Below, one piece after another: positions 1 to 10,089 of a DNA stretch of 57,062 bases (position 1 is its first letter; the number at the start of each line of letters is the position of its first letter). Made by a program: the position numbers and the translations under genes. Source of the stretch: a virus; IMG/VR virus record IMGVR_UViG_2554235497_000003, positions 1 to 57,062 of that record. One strand, given 5' to 3'. The notes beneath the pieces are model-generated. The model had not been told where the DNA came from, did not search any database, and saw only the letters and a list, made by a program, of their open reading frames with translations.

Positions 1-975
1 ATGAAGAGATACCTGAAACGTAAAGAAGCACACGTCAGCGAGAAAACACTCTACAACTATACAACTGCGCTCACACGGTTCATGGAATATCTCGACAAAC
101 GCGAGATAACCAATATGGCCGAAATCGATAGTGACGAGATCGCTAAGTTCGAGGAATGGCGGCTCGAGAACGTGAAACCCATCACTTGCCGGAACGACAT
201 GAGGACCGTCAAGAACTTCATACAGTTCTGCGAGTCCATCCAAGCCGTTCCCATCGGCCTGCACGAACTCGTCAACATCACCAAAGTCGATTCCGACGAC
301 GAAATATCCGACGAGTACCTCACTCGAGACGAAGCTGTCGCGATTCTCGACTACCTCGAGAAGTACGAGTATGCCAGCCTGCGACACGTCATCGTACTAT
401 TGCTATGGAAATGCGGAATGCGTATTGGGGGCCTTCGAGCGCTTGACCTCGACGACTATGACGACGTTCGGCCCGCAATAGGGCTGCGTCATCGTCCTGA
501 TAGCGGAACGCCCCTCAAACGGAAAAGCAGCAGCGAACGAGACGTTATCATCACTCCCGAAGCCGCAGAGATCGTTGACGACTACATCGAGAACACTCGC
601 CCGAACGTGACTGACGACCACGGACGAGAACCGCTGATTGCCACGACTCACGGTAGAGCAGGACGTACAGCCATCACGAAACACGTCTACATGGCAACCA
701 AGCCGTGCTACTATAACGGAGAGTCGTGCCCATTTGACGAAGATCCCGATACCTGTGAAGCGACTCAGTGGAGACACGCATCAAAGTGCCCCGGTTCCGT
801 CAGCCCACACGCGCTGCGACGAGGATACGTTACTGCTGCGCGGAACGCGGGGCAACCAAAAGAAGTGACGAGTGAGAGGGTCAATATGAGCGGGAAAATC
901 TTAGACAAACACTACGACAAAGGATCTCACGACGACAAAGCAGAGCGGCGGAGAGACTTCCTCAAGGATATTTAG
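1..975 (+). CDS. int: Tyrosine recombinase/integrase (SNJ2-like haloarchaeal type); true start may lie upstream of the window
   Basis: Catalytic R (MRIGGLRAL), K (PLKRK), HxxR (HALRR) and Y (KHYD); C-terminus ERVNMS..LDKHYD resembles haloarchaeal virus integrases. Confidence 0.93.
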   Translation: MKRYLKRKEAHVSEKTLYNYTTALTRFMEYLDKREITNMAEIDSDEIAKFEEWRLENVKPITCRNDMRTVKNFIQFCESIQAVPIGLHELVNITKVDSDDEISDEYLTRDEAVAILDYLEKYEYASLRHVIVLLLWKCGMRIGGLRALDLDDYDDVRPAIGLRHRPDSGTPLKRKSSSERDVIITPEAAEIVDDYIENTRPNVTDDHGREPLIATTHGRAGRTAITKHVYMATKPCYYNGESCPFDEDPDTCEATQWRHASKCPGSVSPHALRRGYVTAARNAGQPKEVTSERVNMSGKILDKHYDKGSHDDKAERRRDFLKDI

Positions 976-1312
976 AGAGCTACCGCTATCAGGTTTTAAC
1001 AATAGTTGGTAGTACGGTTTCTGTATTCAGAGTTCGGTGTGACACTCGCGGTAAGTACAGGGCAAAGATGTAACGCGGCAAGTTGCGATTTATTCACTGG
1101 CTGATGAGAAGCCTATGCAAGATACAGAGGTTCATTGCGTCATGCTGTAGGGGTCTCATCGGAACTCTCTGATGCTTCCCCGGGTATAATAAGCAGAGGA
1201 CGTTGATCGTCTCTTGTTGAGTTATATGTCACAAAGAATTGATGAAATATAATCGAACCTAAGTGAATAGAGTAATAATAAGTTTTATATTCTAAGGTGA
1301 ATATATTGAATC

Positions 1313-1999
1313 ATGGATCAAGCTGATCCGGTTGGAGCGAATAGAAGAAAAGTACTCTCAAGCATTGCTGGTCTTGGAGCCCTCGGGACAATTACAGTAA
1401 CGCCGGTTTCTGCAGACGAAGACTGGGACGAAGGGCACCGAGATGAAGAAGAATACCCGAAGGGACCGGTAACGACTACGTACAGCAGACAAGTTGAGAA
1501 CCAGATTACCTATGACGAATACCGGGACGTTCTAGAGGGCCCCAATAACGGAGATGTTAGACTCAGCGATGGACGGGTAAAAAACGAACGGATCTACATA
1601 GGTGACGACCGTAACGTCACGGTGAATGAGGTCGAAGAAAGGTTCTCGAGTATTCGTACCGATGCCGATTCCGGAACGTGGGAGGTTGACTGTCGTACCC
1701 TCCCTCTCATTGGTACGGAAGTCTGTACCGAAATCACGTTTGACGTGTATACATGGGGCGTTGAGGTCGATCTTATCATTTACGGGTATCCCGTCTGGGG
1801 TGGAGGAATCGAGTTCGCGGATGGCGCCGTTACTCCCAAATTCAACGTTCCGGTGCTCCCGGTCAAAGGAGAAGCCACGATCGGAGCTCGGCAACTCGGC
1901 GGATGCGATGCCGAGCTAGAAGCTGAGATCGAGCTGGAGGTTCTCAATCGACGAAGTGTTGGGCCGTTCGGCGGTACCAGAGACATTGACTACTGCTGA
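1313..1999 (+). CDS. Tat-exported protein of unknown function
   Basis: N-terminal NRRKVL twin-arginine motif, hydrophobic stretch and VSA cleavage site. Confidence 0.7.
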   Translation: MDQADPVGANRRKVLSSIAGLGALGTITVTPVSADEDWDEGHRDEEEYPKGPVTTTYSRQVENQITYDEYRDVLEGPNNGDVRLSDGRVKNERIYIGDDRNVTVNEVEERFSSIRTDADSGTWEVDCRTLPLIGTEVCTEITFDVYTWGVEVDLIIYGYPVWGGGIEFADGAVTPKFNVPVLPVKGEATIGARQLGGCDAELEAEIELEVLNRRSVGPFGGTRDIDYC

Positions 2000-2080
2000 A
2001 GGAGAGAAGGTATCCTTTCGCGTAGCGCTTCATCGAAAGACCGTAGAAACAAAGACCCTCAGAAGAACGACTCTGTCGTA

Positions 2081-2302
2081 TCACGTCGTGTAATCGGGGA
2101 GATCGTCCCGATCTATGTCAAGAGCGGTACGAACTTCAGCCATGTACTTCAGCCGGTTCGGCGTTTCAGGGTAGCTGTGGCTGTCTTCAACCCGAAACAG
2201 TGAAGCACGATGTGCATCCAGCGAGTGAACCCGCCCTAGTGCTTTGGCAAGTTTAAATAGGTCACGGCACTGTTCAATGAACTCAAGGATATCGATTTCC
2301 AA
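2081..2302 (-). pseudogene. IS5-family (ISH-type) transposase N-terminal remnant
   Basis: MEIDILEFIEQCRDL...HSYPETPNRLKYMAEVRTALDIDRDDLPDYTT resembles haloarchaeal IS5 transposase N-termini, with an apparent internal deletion and a premature stop. Confidence 0.8.
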
Positions 2303-2510
2303 ACCGAGTTCGATTCCTCGACTTCACGCTTCTAAAACCGAGATGTCAGCAAATTAGACCGCTATTTACCACAGCAATTCGAACCTGTACTGAAGATCAC
2401 GTCGGGTAATTGAGACACTGGCATGGACTGTTAGGCTCACCACCGCCAAATATTGTCGGGGATTTCACTATTGACGGTAAATTTATGTTCCTGGGAGCTG
2501 TATTTCATCT

Positions 2511-2867
2511 ATGGCGTCAGCCCCATCCCCACCTGATAGTACAGAAAAAACGGCTTTGGCGACCGTCGTCCATCTGATTGGGATATTTACTGGATTTGTT
2601 GGAGCGGGGTTAGTATACCTTATATCCGATAACGAGTTCACGAAAAGTAATGCGAAAAACGCTCTCAATTGGCAGATATTCTTCACCGTCTCTTTCATTG
2701 CGTTGCTACTGGTGGCTATGCTGGATACCTTTTTTAGCGTCCTGATCGCGGTTATTGGTATTACGTTGTTGTTCTTTATTCTTAACCCCGCTTTCTGTAT
2801 TTGGGCGACATACAGAGCAAACCAAGGCGAGGACTGGAAATATCCGATAGCGCCACAGTTCATTTAA
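2511..2867 (+). CDS. DUF4870-like small membrane protein
   Basis: Three hydrophobic segments with NAKNALNWQ and GEDWKYP motifs. Confidence 0.8.
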   Translation: MASAPSPPDSTEKTALATVVHLIGIFTGFVGAGLVYLISDNEFTKSNAKNALNWQIFFTVSFIALLLVAMLDTFFSVLIAVIGITLLFFILNPAFCIWATYRANQGEDWKYPIAPQFI

Positions 2868-3303
2868 CATCTGATTTTATTGTCCTCTGGCTCTATCGAA
2901 ATCCTCTTGCAGCCGTGCGGTTTGCTGAGATGCCAGTTTCGCATCGGACCTGTAGAATCCGATAGACAGAGTAGCTTTAGGCAATGTCAACTCTGAAGTG
3001 TCTCAACAGATACACATGGCGATAACATCGAGCAATTGTAGTTTAAAAACAGTCAGTCGATGAGTGGTGCGAACTACAGTCGATTCTCTGCGGAGCCCTC
3101 CCGTAAGATATGCGCCCTCTATCTTGCACCGTGCTCCAAAAACCATCTGAAACTGATAGAAAGCCCAGCGGTCATTACGCATCTGTAGTTGCCGAACTCT
3201 CTGTTTCGGCTTCTGGTATGTGGCTGAATAAAGAAACTGTGCTACTATCTACTGTTAAATCAATAGAAGGGAGAAACGTGGCCCGGAGGCCGCCGTAGAA
3301 GAG

Positions 3304-3930
3304 TTACCGCTCCGGGGCCGCTTCCGTCACCGGACCCCACATCCCGGCCACGTCCACCACGTCGAGGCCGGAGTTCTGCTCGAGATTGCGAAGGACGTAA
3401 CCTACGCCACGCTCTCGATCCATACCGATCCCTCGGACGTGTTTATACGCCACAAGGGGATTCATCGAACTGTACTCGTAGTGAGCGTACAGGTCGAACG
3501 TTCCATCCCCGTTATCGAACACGAATACGTGCGTCTGCCAGAAGGCAAGCGGGTCAGGGATCAGCGAGTTGTCCGACTCCCTGTACGCCCACGTCGTCAC
3601 TTCGAAGTCCTCGTCCTCGAGATTGCCACGGTACTTCAGACCCGCCATCGGGTTTCGATCGTACCCCATGTCGTGTAGCCACCTCTCAATGGACGGAAGG
3701 TCCGCCTCAACCGTTGCCACGAACTCTGACTCATACGCTCGGTTCAGAGTGAAGAAACCGATCTTTCGAGCGTAAGAGTCGAGAGCTGGGAGCAGGCTTG
3801 GACGAAGTTCGTTCCAGAACGTATCTTCCGGGCCAAGGAACTGTCCATCGAGAACGTGGTAGAAGACATACACCGCAATGAGAACAACTACACTTGCGAG
3901 TAGCTGCTCGAGATAAACTTGCTCAATCAT
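3304..3930 (-). CDS. Membrane-anchored viral protein at the end of the late operon
   Basis: N-terminal TM helix, acidic soluble domain, co-oriented with tail genes. Confidence 0.6.
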   Translation of the reverse strand: MIEQVYLEQLLASVVVLIAVYVFYHVLDGQFLGPEDTFWNELRPSLLPALDSYARKIGFFTLNRAYESEFVATVEADLPSIERWLHDMGYDRNPMAGLKYRGNLEDEDFEVTTWAYRESDNSLIPDPLAFWQTHVFVFDNGDGTFDLYAHYEYSSMNPLVAYKHVRGIGMDRERGVGYVLRNLEQNSGLDVVDVAGMWGPVTEAAPER

Positions 3931-3938
3931 AGATAAGA

Positions 3939-4157
3939 TTACTTTCCGAGTATACCGCTGAGATCGACCGAGATGTCCACGTCAACGCTGTCGGAAGCGG
4001 CCCACAGGAACGTTGAGACAACTGCGAGAACCGTTAGCTCGAGAAATGGGCCACCAACCACAGCTACTTTCACCGCCTCACTGATGAACAGTAGCGGGAA
4101 GAACGGACACGAGACTAACTCTCCGTAGATCTGTTTTAGAGTTCGACCATCGGCCAT
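3939..4157 (-). CDS. Small two-TM protein (holin-like candidate)
   Basis: 72 aa, two hydrophobic segments, located after the tail fibre genes. Confidence 0.4.
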   Translation of the reverse strand: MADGRTLKQIYGELVSCPFFPLLFISEAVKVAVVGGPFLELTVLAVVSTFLWAASDSVDVDISVDLSGILGK

Positions 4158-4161
4158 TGGC

Positions 4162-4464
4162 CTACTCCTCGTCGCTTACGTCGTCCTCTGCGCCTTCCGC
4201 CACACCATCAGGTGTGTCTATCTGGATCTGCTCGAACAGTTCAGTTGGCTCGTATCCTGACGGATCGAGGTCCTTGTTCGCCGGGCTGTACTCGAGGTAC
4301 TCAGCTACGTGTTCGTTACCATTCTCGCGAACGTCAAACGATTTCTCAGCATCCACTTCATCGGAAACGGGGTGTGTTCCGGGTCCAACGTCTGCTTTGC
4401 CAACGACTCTGCCATCCACGTTTAGGATGACGAACTTGCCAGTCTCAGAGGTATATTCTGCCAT
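4162..4464 (-). CDS. Acidic protein after the tail fibre (possible fibre assembly factor)
   Basis: Position and operon structure only. Confidence 0.45.
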   Translation of the reverse strand: MAEYTSETGKFVILNVDGRVVGKADVGPGTHPVSDEVDAEKSFDVRENGNEHVAEYLEYSPANKDLDPSGYEPTELFEQIQIDTPDGVAEGAEDDVSDEE

Positions 4465-4501
4465 ATTACGGTGAAGAGATCAGTCTCTCGTCGATACTCG
4501 A

Positions 4502-5512
4502 TTAATTGTACGAGATGTCTGCGCCGATCGCGAGTGCGTACTCTGTCCACTCAACCAGCTCTGTCGTCTCGGGACACACAACTGCATAGTACCAGTTCGG
4601 GGGGACAAAGAACGGTGTGCCCAATCGGAAACTTTCGTTCTGCGAATGCAGATCCCAAAGCATGATATCGTTCTGCTCAACGGTCGGTGAGATTTGAATC
4701 TGGTATATCGCACGCCCACCGACCGATGCATAGACGCAGATAGGATGTTCCGTGGTGTTCTGATACCATGTATTGAGACTCCGGTTTATGTCTCCATCAG
4801 ACATAATCCACGGACCACCACCACCGACTTCGTTTGAGAGATCGACGTATTCCTTCGTGACAGCGTGCTTGTCGTGCGTCACCGGCCCGTCAACGAAGAC
4901 CTGCGGGGTGATAATTCGGTCCTCGTTCAGCAGGATTCCCTCGTGCTGAATGTCGCCAGTCACGATACCGCCACCAGTCGGTAGCGCTCCTGTCTGACTT
5001 GCTGTGACGTTGTGTGGATTACTGGTGTTCGGGATGTGATCGTTGACGGCTTGAGCAATGCCGTTGTGAGCATCAACAAGAGCAGCGAAGTCAGCGGTGC
5101 TCGGCGCACCAACCTGATCGTTCGTCACGTTGTGCGGGTTCGTGGTGTCCGCTTCGTGGTCGTCGATCTGGTCACGGATCGGTACTAAGTCTGCTTCCGT
5201 CTCCGCAACATCGGATCGGAACGCGACTTCGCGCCATCCGTTGTATTCCTCGTCGTAGATCGCGAGCCTACTGTTGTCGGAACGCCAGCACAGTTCACCA
5301 TTCTCCGGGCTGCCAGGATAGTTCGTCCCTTTCCCTGACTCGAGGCGCTTGTTCGTTAATGACACCAAGTGGTCGATGTCTTTCTGTGCGTTGTGGTTGA
5401 AGAAATTGTCCCACGCATCGACCGGCTGTTCGCCTTCGACGTAGTTGTAGCCATCCGGGTACTCTGACCCGGTATCGCCCCACGTCTTGAGATTAGAAGT
5501 GTAGTCTGCCAT
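4502..5512 (-). CDS. Tail fibre / receptor-binding protein
   Basis: Follows baseplate genes; repeated H..(D/N)T.NPHNVT..Q fibre-type motif. Confidence 0.75.
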   Translation of the reverse strand: MADYTSNLKTWGDTGSEYPDGYNYVEGEQPVDAWDNFFNHNAQKDIDHLVSLTNKRLESGKGTNYPGSPENGELCWRSDNSRLAIYDEEYNGWREVAFRSDVAETEADLVPIRDQIDDHEADTTNPHNVTNDQVGAPSTADFAALVDAHNGIAQAVNDHIPNTSNPHNVTASQTGALPTGGGIVTGDIQHEGILLNEDRIITPQVFVDGPVTHDKHAVTKEYVDLSNEVGGGGPWIMSDGDINRSLNTWYQNTTEHPICVYASVGGRAIYQIQISPTVEQNDIMLWDLHSQNESFRLGTPFFVPPNWYYAVVCPETTELVEWTEYALAIGADISYN

Positions 5513-5514
5513 AG

Positions 5515-6186
5515 TTACTCGAGATAGCCAGCGTAGGTCCCACCGTCGCCTGTTGGTTCACCGTTTTCGTCGAGTCCGCCGTATCCGAACTCGGGATTGT
5601 TCTCACCAAGGTCGTAATCCTGCGGCGTTCTGTACGTGAATGTCCCTTGGATGCTCGTTTCTGTTTGATACCCTGCAGCAACGTTTTCGTTGACGATCTG
5701 TGCCAGCTCAGACGCGCTCAGGCCGAGTTTCTCAATCTCACTCCCCGGAGCGAAGACGAGAACTGTCCCTGGGTTATCTACCATCTCGCGGTAGCCGATC
5801 CGCTCAACGTCAACATCGAGAATGCGAGCCAGTGCATAGAGAAGGTCGCCAACCGTTCCCTCCCCGGACATGAGCGCGAACCGTGCAAACACCCGAGCGC
5901 GGTATCGCTCCACTGGCTCATCCGTGTGTGGCGGAAGCCCCACCATCTTCGCCAACTCGAACAGTTGATCGATCGTCCGAGCATCGCGAACACGTATTGC
6001 ATCAGAGACCGTCTGAACGTCCTCGTCCAATTCATCGATCGCGTGCCCAATCACATCGAGCAGCGCGTAATTGGGGCTGTTGGGATCGTTAGGGATGTAC
6101 GAGGGTAGCTCGTGGACTAATTGATCGCCGTTGGTACTCGCCTTCCGCTCACTCATGGGAGATCGTAATCGAATCGTCGATCGCAC
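5515..6186 (-). CDS. Baseplate wedge protein (P2 gpI-like); likely start near 6156 (MSERK)
   Basis: Directly after baseplate J; ETDERYR-like segment (TDEPVERYRARV). Confidence 0.7.
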   Translation of the reverse strand: MRSTIRLRSPMSERKASTNGDQLVHELPSYIPNDPNSPNYALLDVIGHAIDELDEDVQTVSDAIRVRDARTIDQLFELAKMVGLPPHTDEPVERYRARVFARFALMSGEGTVGDLLYALARILDVDVERIGYREMVDNPGTVLVFAPGSEIEKLGLSASELAQIVNENVAAGYQTETSIQGTFTYRTPQDYDLGENNPEFGYGGLDENGEPTGDGGTYAGYLE

Positions 6187-7375
6187 TGGTTAGCGCCTGT
6201 TCGTTGAACTCCACCGAGAGATTCGCAGTCTCAGTTGGTGGATCAACTCGTCCAATTTTTAGATCAGTAACGTCGTAGACTCCGCGAACGCTACGGATCG
6301 CGAACTCGACCTCACCATAGAGCACGTCCCCGCCAACATCGACCTTCCCCTGAATCTCGTTTTCACTCGAGAGGACACCGCCAATATACGACGTAATAGA
6401 GTCCCTCACGGCAACGTCGCCCTCGTACTCGTCCGTTGTCTGGAGGGTTGCATCAACGTAGATTGGGACCACGTTCGGCCTCGAGAACTTGACCTCGTGT
6501 GTCTGCCCGTTCGGTAGCCGACCCTCAACCTCAACCAGCTCACCGTTGACGCCACCCCACGCCGTGTCACCTGCGGCCTTCTTCTCGATGATCATGTCAC
6601 CGATTGACTGGTCTTCGCCGCCGTCAACGACTAACTCAAATGAGTGGGCCGGAAGGCCACCCGAACTAGTCTGATCGATGTTCGTGTCGTTGATGAAGAT
6701 ACCAACACTGCGAACGTCATCGACACTCTGGACCGCAGTAATCAACGCAGGTGCTGTAGACGCAGAACCTTCCGCCAGGTCTTCCTTTGCACGCTCGCGC
6801 AGCTCATTGTCTGTCTCTTCGTTGCGACCACCGGACGTGCCCTCCTCGTTCGTCACCGCGTCGATCCCCGTCGGTGGACTCGGCATCACGGTGATCGTGT
6901 TCGAGCCAACGTTTCCGTTGATACCGCCCTCGAGCGCACGAATCGGGACCGTGATCTCTGTCTCTCCCTGCTCGATGATCGCAGTTTCCCGTGTTAGGAA
7001 CCGAACCGGATCGATACCCTCAGTCTGTACGATCATGCCCGATGGGATTGCGTAATCGATCGATGCGGGACTGTTTCGATAGAACGTCACCTCTCCCTCT
7101 GCACGTTCAGCCTCGCGACGAGGGACTCCGATCAACGCCGTCAGTAAGTCCAATGCTCGCCCTTCAGCGTAGTCGATTTGTGCAGAACTCAGGACGAGAC
7201 CGATATGCTGCTGCGCTTCCGCAAGCCGATTCGCGACCGGCTGATAGAAGAGACGGAAGACAGCCAGTTGTTCATCGTTCAGATCCTCACCAAAGTACTC
7301 TTTTGCGTCCTCGAGCAGTGCCTCAATGATGTCGTCACTGCTGTCCGGCTGAAAATGTCCATCCTCGATTTTCAT
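6149..7375 (-). CDS. Baseplate J-like protein
   Basis: ALDLL..LIGVPR, A..GG..GNV..NTIT, GGRNEETDNELRER motifs. Confidence 0.92.
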   Translation of the reverse strand: MKIEDGHFQPDSSDDIIEALLEDAKEYFGEDLNDEQLAVFRLFYQPVANRLAEAQQHIGLVLSSAQIDYAEGRALDLLTALIGVPRREAERAEGEVTFYRNSPASIDYAIPSGMIVQTEGIDPVRFLTRETAIIEQGETEITVPIRALEGGINGNVGSNTITVMPSPPTGIDAVTNEEGTSGGRNEETDNELRERAKEDLAEGSASTAPALITAVQSVDDVRSVGIFINDTNIDQTSSGGLPAHSFELVVDGGEDQSIGDMIIEKKAAGDTAWGGVNGELVEVEGRLPNGQTHEVKFSRPNVVPIYVDATLQTTDEYEGDVAVRDSITSYIGGVLSSENEIQGKVDVGGDVLYGEVEFAIRSVRGVYDVTDLKIGRVDPPTETANLSVEFNEQALTSAIDDSITISHE

Positions 7376-7696
7376 CTACGATAAAGTCAGATTAAATGTT
7401 TCGCCAGCGAGGTAGATGATAGAGACGTCAATCGAATCAACGGCGTCCTCACTGGGGGATACAACGATCGATGAGATCGAATCAATCCGGCCATGCACTC
7501 GAGCGACACGCTGAACCTGAAGCTCGATACTTCGAATTACATCCGGGCTATTGAACGAGCCAACCTCCTCCGATAGATACGCGGTAAGCCAGAGACGAAG
7601 TGACTGCTCGAATTGCTCACGTCCATCGACGATCTCGAGGTCGTTCCTCGGCCCGATGACGATCTCGAGGTTTTCGTCTAACTCCAGATCCTTCAT
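7376..7696 (-). CDS. Baseplate wedge subunit (gp25/gpW-like)
   Basis: 106 aa, MKDLELD..L...ND, between spike and J. Confidence 0.7.
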   Translation of the reverse strand: MKDLELDENLEIVIGPRNDLEIVDGREQFEQSLRLWLTAYLSEEVGSFNSPDVIRSIELQVQRVARVHGRIDSISSIVVSPSEDAVDSIDVSIIYLAGETFNLTLS

Positions 7697-8166
7697 TCGG
7701 CCCTCGTCTTGTCCGTGTACTCGGGAATTACATCTGTGACGTTCCCATCGCCATCTCTCTGTACTTCCAACCCCGTGATGAGCGGAACGCCCGCTTCACC
7801 GAGATCGATCTCCTGACCGTCAACGTGGACCGTTCCGCTCGCCCGAACGTGAACGTCAAAGCTCTCACCCGAGCGCTGTACGCGGATCTCGGTGTCGTCG
7901 TCGAACTTGAACGCAAAGTCGCCTTCCGCCAACGAATCCGGTATCTCGAACGGGGGCGCACTGTGCGGGAAACGGGCAACGAACTCTCGATCCGTCTCCG
8001 CTACCTCTACAACGTCGCCTTCGTGCGGAACGATCCACATACCAGAAGCGGGCGTTAGGAACCGCATCTGCCTGCCTTCACTTCGTGGCGTTAGCGCGAC
8101 GTTCACGAATATGTCTGCAGACTGTTCATCAACAGTGACCGATGTGACTCTACCTAACTGAACCAT
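7693..8166 (-). CDS. Baseplate spike (gpV/gp45-like)
   Basis: OB-fold-like N-terminus with VPHEGDVVEV, followed by beta-rich repeats. Confidence 0.75.
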   Translation of the reverse strand: MVQLGRVTSVTVDEQSADIFVNVALTPRSEGRQMRFLTPASGMWIVPHEGDVVEVAETDREFVARFPHSAPPFEIPDSLAEGDFAFKFDDDTEIRVQRSGESFDVHVRASGTVHVDGQEIDLGEAGVPLITGLEVQRDGDGNVTDVIPEYTDKTRAE

Positions 8167-8172
8167 AGTATC

Positions 8173-9603
8173 TCACCAGAACCAACTGAACCACCCATCG
8201 TCGTCATCATCGTCGTTGCTGCCACCGAAGATCCACCAGCCGTCGTCTTCTTCTTGAGCTTGCCAGTAGTCGTCTACCGAGTCGTACACATCGAGGCTCT
8301 GTCGATCCACCATGTACGACTTCGAGTCGATGTCGTCAGGTACACCGCCCACCGAGACGGTGATCTGCCAGCCGACTCGCGTGTTGATCTGATGCTGTAT
8401 CTCGTTCACGACGAAGTGGCCACCATCGACTTCACGGCGACAGTGTTCACCGATCCGCTGTGAGACGAGGATCGAGTCACCGATATTCAACGTCACCAGC
8501 CCTTTGTCGTTGTCGGAAGCCAGCCCATTGAAGACGATATTTCCGTTCTTATAGCGGGCGTACTCGCCAACCAGAGTCGCCCGCACGTAACGCTCGAGTG
8601 CTTCCTGTGAGCGGATACGTAGTGGCTCCTCGAACGCGAGAACTTCATCGCCATCGTTGATCCACGCTTCCGCCTCGGGATACAGGTTTGCCGTGTTGCG
8701 TCCCCGATCGTCAGGATACAGGTGTGAGGAACCCTTCGCCATGACGCGGTTGATGTGACTGTGGCCCTGCGTGACGTTGTACTCCTTGATCCGGTACTCG
8801 TCACGATCGGGATTACCGTAGATTGGTAGGATTTCTTTGTCCGTCAGCTCGGGAAGGCCGATCCATAACCTGCCATCTTCCTTTACCCACGCGGTGAGAC
8901 CGAACTCGTTGCACACCTCCATGAGCGCCTCGAGAAGTGGTGTGTTATCAAACGAGAACCCTCCCTCGTAGTTCGGAGTGTCGATACCAGGCATCACGTC
9001 CAAGAACTGATCTGCGGCCCACACTGTCGCTGTCTCGAACGCTCGGGCAGCTTTAGCACGATACCGATCGTCACCTGCTGTCCGTTCATGGATCGTCGTT
9101 CCGTCCATGTCGAAGTTGAAGATGTCCGAGATCACCTGCCGGTTATTCCGCGAGACCTGCGACTCGAGGCCTTCCTCAACGAACCGGATTCCTGTAATCG
9201 CTCGGTGGGGGTCATGAAGCTCGCGCCAAATCGTGCGAATAGCGATGTTCGGCGTCACTGAATCCCATGTCTTCGTGATCGTACTCTTGTTGAACAGCTT
9301 CAGTGGGTCGTGAAAGGAGATCCATGCCTGCTCGTCACCCTGTACGATGCTGATCTCTTGGGGATCGAAGAGATACCGACCCTGTACCACGTCACCGATT
9401 GCGATGTGAACTGGCTCGTACTCTAAGCCCTCTTCATCATGGCGGTCAGAGAGGAGGTACGCCGCTTCCGTCGAGACCTTTGCTCGAGCATGGATGAAGC
9501 GGTCACGCTGTACCCGAATCGTTAGCTCATACGCCCGAAGTACGACGCCAGATCGAAGAAAGCGAAGCTCAACGCCGTTCTGAAAGTTACAGGCTTGGGT
9601 CAT
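8173..9603 (-). CDS. Baseplate hub (late control D-like)
   Basis: Size, position and L..LC.EFG...WV.EDG.L motif. Confidence 0.7.
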   Translation of the reverse strand: MTQACNFQNGVELRFLRSGVVLRAYELTIRVQRDRFIHARAKVSTEAAYLLSDRHDEEGLEYEPVHIAIGDVVQGRYLFDPQEISIVQGDEQAWISFHDPLKLFNKSTITKTWDSVTPNIAIRTIWRELHDPHRAITGIRFVEEGLESQVSRNNRQVISDIFNFDMDGTTIHERTAGDDRYRAKAARAFETATVWAADQFLDVMPGIDTPNYEGGFSFDNTPLLEALMEVCNEFGLTAWVKEDGRLWIGLPELTDKEILPIYGNPDRDEYRIKEYNVTQGHSHINRVMAKGSSHLYPDDRGRNTANLYPEAEAWINDGDEVLAFEEPLRIRSQEALERYVRATLVGEYARYKNGNIVFNGLASDNDKGLVTLNIGDSILVSQRIGEHCRREVDGGHFVVNEIQHQINTRVGWQITVSVGGVPDDIDSKSYMVDRQSLDVYDSVDDYWQAQEEDDGWWIFGGSNDDDDDDGWFSWFW

Positions 9604-10089
9604 CTATATCAGATACGAGCCGCGACCCCGTTGGCGGCTACTTCGGCCATCATTCACGATACCACTCCCAGCAAACCGCATATGCTCAGCTTCGTCTTCG
9701 CCAGTGCTGACCAGATCAAGCGTGTACTGCCAGAGGAAGTCGTTATTCCGCGAATCCCATCCGATCGGCCCTTCGTAGTCACCTTGCATGACACGAACGT
9801 TTCCAGACCAACCGGGGGTAATCAGCGTCGCCTCCTGATTATGATCGAGAAGGCGCTCGAACGAGCCGAGTTCCGAGTGAAGCAGATTGCCGCTGATATG
9901 GACCTCCCGGTTCCGCCCATGTATCTCGAACACGTCCTCGAGTCCGCAAAAGTTCGCGTGACGGACGAGATTGCGCTCCTTTCCGACCTGGATTCGGTTC
10001 GGGACGTATGTCGGAGTGAAGTTCGCACCGTTACCACGAACGCGGAACGGGAGACCCTTCTGCCCAGGAATATCGATACGGCTACTCAT
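9604..10089 (-). CDS. Tail tube initiator-like protein
   Basis: Directly after the tape measure gene. Confidence 0.55.
   Translation of the reverse strand: MSSRIDIPGQKGLPFRVRGNGANFTPTYVPNRIQVGKERNLVRHANFCGLEDVFEIHGRNREVHISGNLLHSELGSFERLLDHNQEATLITPGWSGNVRVMQGDYEGPIGWDSRNNDFLWQYTLDLVSTGEDEAEHMRFAGSGIVNDGRSSRQRGRGSYLI

Noticed and set aside
976-1312. Attachment site next to the integrase
   Set aside because: No tRNA 3' fragment or repeat shared with the far end of the window could be found by eye.
2305-2320. CGAG-TTCGATTC-CTCG T-loop-like hairpin
   Set aside because: 8-nt loop, no acceptor or D-like arm, no downstream hairpin; lies in the IS remnant's upstream region.
3304-5512. phiCh1/phiH1-type invertible tail-fibre cassette
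   Set aside because: Single fibre gene; no inverted paralogue or adjacent recombinase.
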